Source: an uncultured Roseivirgaceae bacterium (GTDB lineage: Bacteria; Bacteroidota; Bacteroidia; Cytophagales; Cyclobacteriaceae). From it: 64,000 nucleotides of DNA. The position numbers and the translations under genes are program-made. The first letter of the stretch is position 1. Each line of letters begins with the position of its first letter. The stretch spans positions 12,134 to 76,133 of the forward strand of contig CAZKCO010000025.1 of NCBI GenBank assembly GCA_964551335.1. Direction: 5' to 3'. The notes under the pieces were generated by a model. It made no database searches. It saw only the letters and a program-made list of their open reading frames with translations, and was not told the DNA's origin. Below are positions 9,835 through 18,031 of this stretch, piece after piece.

Positions 9835-11031
9835 ATGTCACTGCGAGATCGTATTCAGTACCTGGCCCGGGAACGCGCGGATCAGGTCATAGGCTTTCGT
9901 CGCCATTTGCACCAGCACCCCGAGCTTTCTTTTCAGGAATATAACACAGCCCGCTACGTTGCCGAACAGCTTAGCGCTTTCGGCCTGTCCCCCCAAACCG
10001 GGATTGCTGATACCGGTATAGTAGCTACTATCGAGGGAAAGAATCCTACCAGAAAAACAGTTGCCCTGCGTGCCGATATGGACGCCTTACCGATTCATGA
10101 GGCCAATAATGTGCCCTATAAATCGCAGAATGAAGGCGTTATGCACGCCTGTGGCCACGATGTTCATACATCTTCCCTGTTGGGTACTGCTTACATTTTG
10201 CAGCAACTTAGAGAAGAATTTGAAGGTACTGTTAAGTTGATCTTTCAGCCGGGCGAAGAGCGCTTTCCAGGGGGGGCTTCGCTAATGATTAAAGAAGGAG
10301 TATTGGAAAACCCCAAACCCGACAGTATGCTGGGTCAGCACGTATTGCCGCATCTTCCAGTAGGGAAGGTAGGCTTTCGGGAGGGGATGTATATGGCAAG
10401 TGCCGACGAAATCTACCTGACTATCCGTGGAAAAGGAGGACACGGGGCCATGCCAGAAAATAATATTGATCCAGTGATGATTACTGCCCAGGTGCTGGTT
10501 ACACTGCAGCAAATCATCAGCCGGTCGGCCAATCCTAAAATTCCGTCTGTCCTTTCCTTTGGTAAAGTGATTGCCGAGGGAGCTACCAATGTTATTCCGA
10601 ATGAGGTTTACGTAGAAGGTACTTTCCGCACTTTAAACGAAGAGTGGCGACACAGGGCTCACCAAAAAATCAGGCAAATTGTAAACGGTGTTTGTGAGAG
10701 CTTAGGAGGCTCAGCTGAGGTGGATATTAAAGTCGGCTATCCCTACTTACAAAATAATCCGGAGCTCACCCTGAGAACAAAACAGGCGGCAATAGAGTAT
10801 CTGGGAGAAGAAAACGTGGTAGATCTTGACTTATGGATGGCGGCTGAAGATTTTGCCTATTACACCCACCATATGAGTGCCTGCTTTTATCGTCTGGGGA
10901 CCGGTAATGAAGCCAAAGCAATAACTTCCGGAGTGCATACCCCTACCTTTGATATTGACGAACAGGCCCTGGAAATCGGACCGGGACTCATGAGTTGGCT
11001 TACTATTTCTGAACTGGCAACAATTGGTTAG
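9835..11031 (+). CDS. M20D family amidohydrolase
   Basis: HPELSFQE, RADMDALP, MHACGHD, FQPGEE, EDFA, HTPTF. Confidence 0.92.
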   Translation: MSLRDRIQYLARERADQVIGFRRHLHQHPELSFQEYNTARYVAEQLSAFGLSPQTGIADTGIVATIEGKNPTRKTVALRADMDALPIHEANNVPYKSQNEGVMHACGHDVHTSSLLGTAYILQQLREEFEGTVKLIFQPGEERFPGGASLMIKEGVLENPKPDSMLGQHVLPHLPVGKVGFREGMYMASADEIYLTIRGKGGHGAMPENNIDPVMITAQVLVTLQQIISRSANPKIPSVLSFGKVIAEGATNVIPNEVYVEGTFRTLNEEWRHRAHQKIRQIVNGVCESLGGSAEVDIKVGYPYLQNNPELTLRTKQAAIEYLGEENVVDLDLWMAAEDFAYYTHHMSACFYRLGTGNEAKAITSGVHTPTFDIDEQALEIGPGLMSWLTISELATIG

Positions 11032-11171
11032 ATGTTCAGGATATAGGCAATATTAATCAGTAATAATAAGCCTAAAAGTAGCCAATACATAAGGCGAGCG
11101 CGTTTGGATGGCTTGCCAAATAGTAGGTAATGAAACCCGTATTTCGCGCGATGTTCGTAGGGAGTTTTCAT
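11028..11171 (-). CDS. Putative 47-aa membrane protein
   Basis: Manual translation MKTPYEHRAKYGFHYLLFGKPSKRARLMYWLLLGLLLLINIAYILNI*: basic N-terminus plus one TM helix; fills the gap exactly. Confidence 0.45.
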   Translation of the reverse strand: MKTPYEHRAKYGFHYLLFGKPSKRARLMYWLLLGLLLLINIAYILNI

Positions 11172-11199
11172 GAGAACACGGATTTAGTGAAAGAACCAA

Positions 11200-11238
11200 T
11201 GTTAAGAAATTGTTAACTTAATGTTAAGAAATTGTTAC
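11200..11238. promoter_or_regulatory. Four TGTTA(A/C) direct repeats at exact 11-bp period (PhoB/PhoP-type box candidate)
   Basis: TGTTAAgaaat TGTTAActtaa TGTTAAgaaat TGTTAC at 11200, 11211, 11222, 11233. Confidence 0.6.
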
Positions 11239-12201
11239 CATAAATGCTATTCTGCACTTGAAAAAATTTGGTGGCTAAAACTGAGGCTTACCGTCATTCT
11301 TATGACTATATGCTCTCCCATTTGGGCAGTTACTCAGAACTACCGGCTCATTCTTTCCGAAAGTCCCGCTACATCCATTACCATCGGTTGGGAATTAATG
11401 GCTGGTTGTCCGGATACTCAACGGGTCTATTACGACACGGTTGATCACGCCCGGGATACTTCAGCTTACCGCTTTCAAATGCCGATTACTGCTTCTTACT
11501 TTCACCAAGGGATGGAAAATTATTTCAGCACCCTTGCTGACCTGAAACCAGATACTCGCTACTACTTTGTAATTGCCGAGGATGAGGGAATCAGTGATCG
11601 TTTCTGGTTCCAAAGCCTGAGCAATACTTCAAGCTCCTGGAAAGCCCTTTGGACTTCTTCTAATCTTCCTCAAACGCTTTATGATTGGAAAAAGCTAAGC
11701 TCACAGATTGCAGAAAGCAGTTTGGACTTTGTGTTGGCCGAAGGGTTCACTGGCTTAACCAGCGAAAAAGATTGGCGACACTGGATTCAAACCTGGCAAA
11801 AGTCTATTTCTCAATCAGGAAGAATTACTCCGCTGCTTATCGCGGGCAATATTTCCACTGACGTTCAATATTTATTTAATCATTCGAAAAAGCCGGTCAG
11901 TACCTATCGTTTGTCAGCCCATAGCATACTTCTTACCTCTGATGACAATGGAAAGCTAAAAAATCGGAGTTTGAAAAAAATCCAGCCGGGGACATTTGTT
12001 ATTCAGCACACCGCCTTTTCCCCTGTCAAAGAATCAGAAGCAATTAATCTAATTCTCACCTCATCAACCACTGGAGATGATTTTCCCCATCGATTCAATT
12101 ATCCAACAGGGGAAATGATTGTAGAATTATCTTGGATGAATGGTCATTTTAGTATACGGGCGGCCAGCGGAGAAAAAATGCTGGATGTTTTTTCTAACTA
12201 A
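11221..12201 (+). CDS. Purple-acid-phosphatase N-terminal (FN3) domain protein with degenerate metallophosphoesterase domain
   Basis: PATSITIGW, V.YDT, LADLKPDTRYYFVI...SDRFWF FN3/PAP-N motif; no canonical metal-ligand motifs downstream. Start uncertain (alternative ATG 11302). Confidence 0.7.
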   Translation: MLRNCYHKCYSALEKIWWLKLRLTVILMTICSPIWAVTQNYRLILSESPATSITIGWELMAGCPDTQRVYYDTVDHARDTSAYRFQMPITASYFHQGMENYFSTLADLKPDTRYYFVIAEDEGISDRFWFQSLSNTSSSWKALWTSSNLPQTLYDWKKLSSQIAESSLDFVLAEGFTGLTSEKDWRHWIQTWQKSISQSGRITPLLIAGNISTDVQYLFNHSKKPVSTYRLSAHSILLTSDDNGKLKNRSLKKIQPGTFVIQHTAFSPVKESEAINLILTSSTTGDDFPHRFNYPTGEMIVELSWMNGHFSIRAASGEKMLDVFSN

Positions 12202-13339
12202 AAAATTCCAGTACCTGTATCCGGAACTGTTCATTCACTGCCATCGCCAACAGCACTGAAACAATCAGCCCGATAGTAGCTAGCCCCACATCTTTACCAA
12301 TCATACGCAAGGCAGCACCTATTCCCCCTTTCTCTGCTTTACCATTGGCTCTTTCTCGTAACCGGATTCCCAATTCTCGTCCGCCCAACAAACCAATAAA
12401 CACCCAGGTGGTGCTCATAGGGATAGTACTGATAGTAAGTTTGTAGATTAGAATAAGCGCATACACAAAGTCAATGATAGTTGCCGCCCGGATATCGGTC
12501 ACCTCAGTTTTTTCATTGACAATGTCTTGAATCTTATCTCCCTTCAAAAAGAAAATCAGTCCCAACCCTAAAAACACAATGAGTGAAAATCCTAAAAACT
12601 GAAATGCGCTTAACGAACGAGGTAAGTATATAGCAATGTTGGCCGCATCTTGCATAATCCAGACCGACCACAGCGTTCCACTGGTAATCCACTGGGCCAC
12701 GGCCCACCCTACCTTGGGTTTACCGACAAAATAACGCCTAGTGATATTGGTGATTAGGAACCAAACGGCCAACCCTAAAACAAAGGCTATCAGGTAAGCT
12801 GATAAACTCTTATTGATCACGGAACCTACGGCACTGGGGCTAATAGCAAAACTACTTAGTAGTAAGAAAGTAGTAGACACTGGCATCCGAAGCCTGGTCA
12901 GAATTAACAAAAAGATGGGTGCGGCAATCTGAAGAAAAGCAAAATTATCCGGCTGAGGAAACGAAAGGGTGCCATCTGCCTCCGTCGTACGTAAGCGTCC
13001 AAAGGAAACTCCTCCATCGTACATAAACCATCCGATAGTTACCGTTACGAGAAAGACTCCTCCGATGTAGAGCCAAAGCGTATACCAGCGGCGGTCAGCA
13101 TTCGAGGCAATAAAAGTACCCAAGGTCTGTATACTATCGTTTGATACCGCCGAGTAGGCAGCAACCAAAAATCCAAACCACATAGCAATACCCGGATAAG
13201 GATACACTACCGCTGCAACAAAAAAAAGTACGCCAATCAGTAAGATAAACGTACGCTCTTCTCTAACCAGGTCAAAAAACTGGAAAATCAGTTCCCGAAG
13301 CTGATTATTACTGCTGGTTTGGTCTTTCGTTTTTGGCAT
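12194..13339 (-). CDS. PiT-family-like (inorganic phosphate transporter-like) membrane protein
   Basis: Internally repeated PiT-like motifs SNDSIQTLGTF / QDAANIA and MPVSTT / IPMSTTWVFIG; about 10 TM helices. Confidence 0.7.
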   Translation of the reverse strand: MPKTKDQTSSNNQLRELIFQFFDLVREERTFILLIGVLFFVAAVVYPYPGIAMWFGFLVAAYSAVSNDSIQTLGTFIASNADRRWYTLWLYIGGVFLVTVTIGWFMYDGGVSFGRLRTTEADGTLSFPQPDNFAFLQIAAPIFLLILTRLRMPVSTTFLLLSSFAISPSAVGSVINKSLSAYLIAFVLGLAVWFLITNITRRYFVGKPKVGWAVAQWITSGTLWSVWIMQDAANIAIYLPRSLSAFQFLGFSLIVFLGLGLIFFLKGDKIQDIVNEKTEVTDIRAATIIDFVYALILIYKLTISTIPMSTTWVFIGLLGGRELGIRLRERANGKAEKGGIGAALRMIGKDVGLATIGLIVSVLLAMAVNEQFRIQVLEFFS

Positions 13340-13512
13340 CGGAGTAGGAAGTAGAGAATTCAGTCAATATTAGCAATAATGAAGGGCAAATAAAAAAAAT
13401 AGTATTACTGAAGAACTCAGGATTTTTTTCGGAAAATTCTACAAAATCACCTTCTTTGTTAACGAATTTCGGAATAGTTGGTTAATACTGCTTGCTAAAG
13501 GACAAAATAGTT

Positions 13513-14757
13513 ATGATTGAATTCGAACAATTTACGTTGGGTAATGGTCTACAAGTGCTGGTTCACGCTGACCGGTCAATTCCTATTGCCACAACGAATG
13601 TGTTGTACAATGTTGGCTCTCGCGATGAAAATGAAAACAAAACCGGTTTTGCCCACCTTTTTGAACATCTGATGTTTGGAGGATCCCGATCCATTCCTTC
13701 TTTTGATGAACCACTACAAAAAGTAGGTGGTGAGAATAATGCGTTTACTAATCCGGATATCACCAACTACTACATAACCCTACCCGCGGCCAACCTGGAA
13801 ACCGCTTTCTGGCTGGAATCAGACCGAATGCTGAGTCTTTCGTTTGATCCAAAGGTGTTGGAAGTGCAACGTAAGGTTGTGATTGAAGAGTATAAGCAGA
13901 ATTATCTAAATCAACCCTACGGTGATGCCATGATGAAACTGAAAGCACTGGCCTACCAAACCCACCCTTACCGGTGGCCCACTATTGGCCGTGATATTGC
14001 TCATATTGAAGATGCTACCTTAGACGATGTAAAATCTTTTTTCTATAAGTTTTATCGCCCCAATAATGCCATTCTGGTAGTGGCCGGACAGGTAAATGCT
14101 AACGAGGTACGCCTATTAGCCGAAAAGTGGTTTGGAGATATTCCTTCTGGCGAACCTTACCACAGAAACTTGCCGCAAGAACCTGAGCAAACCGAGGCAC
14201 GCGTAACTCACAAACAATCCAATGTTCCGGCCCATGCGCTGTATAAAGCTTTTCATATACCGGGCCGTATTCATGATGATTATCACGCGGCAGATTTACT
14301 CAGCGATGTACTGGGCCGTAGCCGTTCTTCCCGGTTATTTACCCGCCTGGTTAAAGAAAATCCACTGTTTAGCACAATTAATGCTTACGTTTCCGGCTCC
14401 ATTGATCCCGGATTACTAATTATTCAGGGACGGCTAAACGAGGGTGTCGATCTGGATACGGCCAATAGCGCCGTAGATGCTGTTATTGACGAACTACGCC
14501 AAAAGCTAGTATCTGGTGAAGAATTACGGAAAGTGAAGAATCAGGCTGAATCGACGCTGATCTTCTCTGAAATGGAGCTGCTTAACCGAGCCATGAATCT
14601 AGCCTACTCAACCCTACTGGGTAATGCGGATTTAATCAATCAGGAATCGGAGCGGATTCAGGCGGTTAAAGATGAGGATATTTTGCGCATGGCCCAAGTA
14701 CTGCTCCAACCGGAAAAAAGTAACACCCTTTTTTATGAAGCTGAGGAGCGCAACTAG
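13513..14757 (+). CDS. M16 (pitrilysin-like) zinc peptidase
   Basis: Inverted zincin HLFEH, NAFT, E in VVIEE. Start moved to ATG 13513. Confidence 0.92.
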   Translation: MIEFEQFTLGNGLQVLVHADRSIPIATTNVLYNVGSRDENENKTGFAHLFEHLMFGGSRSIPSFDEPLQKVGGENNAFTNPDITNYYITLPAANLETAFWLESDRMLSLSFDPKVLEVQRKVVIEEYKQNYLNQPYGDAMMKLKALAYQTHPYRWPTIGRDIAHIEDATLDDVKSFFYKFYRPNNAILVVAGQVNANEVRLLAEKWFGDIPSGEPYHRNLPQEPEQTEARVTHKQSNVPAHALYKAFHIPGRIHDDYHAADLLSDVLGRSRSSRLFTRLVKENPLFSTINAYVSGSIDPGLLIIQGRLNEGVDLDTANSAVDAVIDELRQKLVSGEELRKVKNQAESTLIFSEMELLNRAMNLAYSTLLGNADLINQESERIQAVKDEDILRMAQVLLQPEKSNTLFYEAEERN

Positions 14758-15230
14758 GCCTTAATGTATCCTTTGCGTTTGAGAATGGTTTCCACGAATT
14801 TCTTCTCATTTTCGGTATTGAATATTCGGAAGGGTAAATGCACCAGTTGGGCTTTGGAGACAATTAACACAAAGTAGTCTTTGCCGATTCGGGCATCTTT
14901 AATCATATCCCATTTCAGAGGCATACCTTGCCGTGGGTTCACCTTAATTAGCACCTGCTGACTATTTATTTCATAGCTAAGTCGCTCAAATAAAATCTTG
15001 TTTTGCTCCATTTGAGTGACCCCCGTAAACTGGATTAACCAGAACAGCATATACAACAGCAATGCGATTAGCGGGCCGATAATCCACCAGATTGACCAGA
15101 TAAAAAATGCGCCAGACATCAGTGCTAGCGTAATCAAAAATACCCACCACTGTTTACGCAGCAAGTTAAACATGGCCAGTTTGATATAGGTACCTGTAGT
15201 TAGTTGGTATTTTTTGGTCTTTACAATCAT
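14754..15230 (-). CDS. YcxB-family membrane protein
   Basis: MIVKTKKYQL, two TM helices, C-terminal soluble domain. Start moved to ATG 15230. Confidence 0.7.
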   Translation of the reverse strand: MIVKTKKYQLTTGTYIKLAMFNLLRKQWWVFLITLALMSGAFFIWSIWWIIGPLIALLLYMLFWLIQFTGVTQMEQNKILFERLSYEINSQQVLIKVNPRQGMPLKWDMIKDARIGKDYFVLIVSKAQLVHLPFRIFNTENEKKFVETILKRKGYIKA

Positions 15231-15302
15231 GAAGCAGTCAATTCGAAAATTCGGCGTTTGCAACGCGGATGCAAGTATAAAACTTTCCCGTCAAACTTAC
15301 TA

Positions 15303-15310
15303 CAAAAGTA
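15303..15310 (-). promoter_or_regulatory. Bacteroidota -7 promoter element (TACTTTTG on minus strand)
   Basis: CAAAAGTA on the + strand, upstream of the YcxB-family gene. Confidence 0.4.
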
Positions 15311-15437
15311 AATAGGAGGACACTGAGTTTATCATCACTCTACCTCTTAAGCTCAGAAAAAAACCATTTAATCAATGAAGATAAGCCACGAAGCAAGCAG
15401 CTGCTAGACCTTTAGAGGAGGCCGATCTAGTTTAGCA

Positions 15438-16295
15438 TCAGATAGCTTTCAAACTCATATCTAGGCTCGTTACCGAATGGGTAAGGGCCCCTACTGAGAT
15501 ATAATCCACCCCACACTCGGCTACTTCTACAATCGTCTGTTCATTGATATTACCGGATGCTTCGGTCTTGGCCTGGTTACCGATAATCTGTACGGCTTCT
15601 CGCATCATCCCAAGCGACATATTATCCAGCATGATCACGTCTACGCTGCCTACTTCCAGCACTTGCTGCACTTCCTCTATGCTTCTGGTTTCTACTTCAA
15701 TGGATAAGTCCAGGTGCTTTTTCTTCAAATAATGATGTGTACTTTCTATCGCTTTACGAATTCCGCCCGCGTAATCGACATGGTTATCCTTGAGCATAAT
15801 CATATCGTAGAGGGCGTAGCGGTGATTTTGCCCACCCCCAATAGCAACGGCCCATTTTTCCGGTAACCGGAAGTTAGGGGTAGTTTTACGGGTATCTAAT
15901 AGCCTGGCTTTCGTATGCTGAACCATGGACTGTAAACGATGGGTGTACGTTGCAATACCACTCATTCGTTGCATACAGTTTAAAACCAACCGTTCCGCAG
16001 TGAGAATAGATTGAGCCTTGCCCGATACCACGAAGGCAACATCGCCAAATTGCACCTCAGTACCGTCGCTAATAGAGACATCCATCGTCAGGCGCTCGTC
16101 TATATTGCTAAAAATCTGTTCAGCCAAGGTTACTCCAGCTAAAACACCTTCACCTTTCACCAGCAACCGAGCCTGTTTTTGCAGGTCGGGCGGTACGGAA
16201 GCTAGAGTGGAATGGTCTCCATCACCCACATCTTCAGCTAGCGCAAGTTGAATAAATGCCTGAAGTCGCTCAGGAGTTAAGTACGGTAAGTTCAT
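15438..16295 (-). CDS. nadC: Quinolinate phosphoribosyltransferase
   Basis: ALAEDVGDGDH, DTRKTTP, NHR..L.D, MLKDNH, IMLDNM, EASG, ISVGALTHS. Confidence 0.96.
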   Translation of the reverse strand: MNLPYLTPERLQAFIQLALAEDVGDGDHSTLASVPPDLQKQARLLVKGEGVLAGVTLAEQIFSNIDERLTMDVSISDGTEVQFGDVAFVVSGKAQSILTAERLVLNCMQRMSGIATYTHRLQSMVQHTKARLLDTRKTTPNFRLPEKWAVAIGGGQNHRYALYDMIMLKDNHVDYAGGIRKAIESTHHYLKKKHLDLSIEVETRSIEEVQQVLEVGSVDVIMLDNMSLGMMREAVQIIGNQAKTEASGNINEQTIVEVAECGVDYISVGALTHSVTSLDMSLKAI

Positions 16296-16319
16296 TATTT
16301 TTAGATCATTTTTATTTAT

Positions 16320-16494
16320 CCGGCAGCGATTTGAAGAGGCGAAAACACCGGGTTGCGAGACTTCCCAGCGGTCTTTCAGTATACAATTCTCAGCACGGCG
16401 GACTGGCCTTTTACCCTAACTAATCGGTGATGATTTACCCCTACGATCATCCGTTCAGAGATACCGGAGGGTTAGGGTTGGCGGTTCTTTTTTT
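16320..16494 (+). ncRNA. Structured non-coding RNA, 6S-like / Bacteroidales-1-like
   Basis: Hairpin 1 (16320-16398): irregular rod with central bubble. Hairpin 2 (16401-16486): ACCCTAAC/GTTAGGGT, CGGT/ACCG, GATGAT/ATCATC stems, then a T7 run. Family call is from remembered architecture, not a covariance search. Confidence 0.5.
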
Positions 16495-16698
16495 AGCTTC
16501 ATAAATCCATGTGTGATTTCTTTGTAGAGAATCAACCCACATTTATGTCAAGTGTTCGTTTATTCTTCAACATTAATTATACGGAACTAAAACTTCAAAA
16601 AAGTATCTGGAATAAAGGAGTAGAAAGTTAATTTTAAGCTTCACTAATTTGTACTTAAAAATATGACTATCAATTACTTATAAAATAATTATAAATCC

Positions 16699-17880
16699 TT
16701 ACTTTAATAGAACTTTATCAGGTAGCAAAATGATAATATCAGTGCCGTATTCTTCTGAACTTCGGTAGGTAATAGTACCTTGGTGCATTTCTACGATCAA
16801 CTTAGCTAAGTAAGTCCCTAATCCGGTACCTTTCTTTTTGCCTGAGGTGACAAATTTTTCAAAAAAATGCTCACGCACCCCTGCGGGTATTGCGCCGTGG
16901 TTATGCACTGTAATTTTAAAAAAACCATTATGTTCAAGAGTCACCAAGATTTCCTGATTAGCTTCCGAGGCTTCCACTGCATTCAGCAGCAAATTATGAA
17001 ACATTCGTTGCATGTAGAATTTATCTGCTTTCACTTTCACTACTTCATCACTCAACGAATGAGCCCCACAGGATACCGATAGACTGACTGACTTCTGCCC
17101 GATGACTTTTTGTAGCTCAAAAAATTCATTTTTGATCAACTGAACCAAATCGAACGTTTCTGATTTTGGGCTATACTTCCCTCGTTCCATTTGAGCGTAG
17201 TCCAAAGAGGTGTTTAGCATCTCCAGGGTTTGGGCGCTTCTGTTACGCAGATGTTCTAGCCAGACTTTCTGAGTCTCGCTTGGTTGTTTATCCAAAAGAA
17301 CTTCCACCATTTGCAGTATTGAAGCCAGATTGTTTCTCATGTCGTGATTCGACAGTTGCTGAGCCACTTCCAGGGCAGAGAGCTTTTGCTCCAAAAGATT
17401 TACCGTCTCCTGCAATTCTTGTAGAGCTCGCTGGCCTTGATCTATCTCTACCAGAAAGGTCATCTTACAAGCTCCTAGGTGAGAATTTTCGGGAACATAA
17501 GCAGCCTTGGAAAGAATTGTTCTCAGATTTCCGTCTTTATCCAATACCTCCCATTTCCCCAGCATCTCGTAGCGGTTACTCATAAATTCATCATGAAGCT
17601 GCTGCATCTGAGTCCGGAAATCTTCCGGAACTACCCGCAGAAATGAACTTCCTATCAGCTCTTCGCTGGTGTATCCATAGAAATCGCAGTAGGCCTGATT
17701 TACCTTAACGAAGATGCCAGCACTATCGGTAACGCAGATAGGTATGGGAATCAGATCAAGGATCGGAATAAGCTCAGAGGGTTTAGCTTCGGCAAACTGA
17801 CGCAGCATCTCCAACTGACTCCCCCTTTTCGCGTCTGGGCTGTTAGTTCTCATGGTATTGTACGGATGAAGGCAGTTCAA
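16699..17880 (-). CDS. PAS-domain sensor histidine kinase (cytoplasmic)
   Basis: PAS (VNQAYCDFYGY), H-box HDMRN, N-box NLLLNA, G-box KGTGLG. Start may be ATG 17853. Confidence 0.9.
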   Translation of the reverse strand: MNCLHPYNTMRTNSPDAKRGSQLEMLRQFAEAKPSELIPILDLIPIPICVTDSAGIFVKVNQAYCDFYGYTSEELIGSSFLRVVPEDFRTQMQQLHDEFMSNRYEMLGKWEVLDKDGNLRTILSKAAYVPENSHLGACKMTFLVEIDQGQRALQELQETVNLLEQKLSALEVAQQLSNHDMRNNLASILQMVEVLLDKQPSETQKVWLEHLRNRSAQTLEMLNTSLDYAQMERGKYSPKSETFDLVQLIKNEFFELQKVIGQKSVSLSVSCGAHSLSDEVVKVKADKFYMQRMFHNLLLNAVEASEANQEILVTLEHNGFFKITVHNHGAIPAGVREHFFEKFVTSGKKKGTGLGTYLAKLIVEMHQGTITYRSSEEYGTDIIILLPDKVLLK

Positions 17881-18031
17881 ATGTACAAACTTTGTCTAGC
17901 ATTTATATATAATTATTAGACAAATACATAACACTTATTGACGTTTTACTACCGGTAACCGATTACAATAGTAGCAGGTACATCAGTATTCTTGGAGTTA
18001 ATTACCTCCCGCACTCATGATGAAACGTAGT

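Noticed and set aside
13457-13485. Second Pho-box-like site upstream of the PiT-like gene (TGTTAA...GGTTAA)
   Set aside because: Only two half-sites, 23 bp apart; compatible with chance in AT-rich DNA.
16340-16410. SAM-I riboswitch or PyrR-binding-loop resemblance on the minus strand (GAAAGAC...GAAGUC.CGCAACCC; AGUCC...GCUGAGAA)
   Set aside because: The SAM-I P1 AUC/GAU and L2 pseudoknot, and the PyrR CNGNGA loop, are missing. The same bases are better explained as stems of the + strand hairpin.
17166-17585. 139-aa + strand ORF
   Set aside because: Entirely antisense to the well-supported histidine kinase; no recognisable features.
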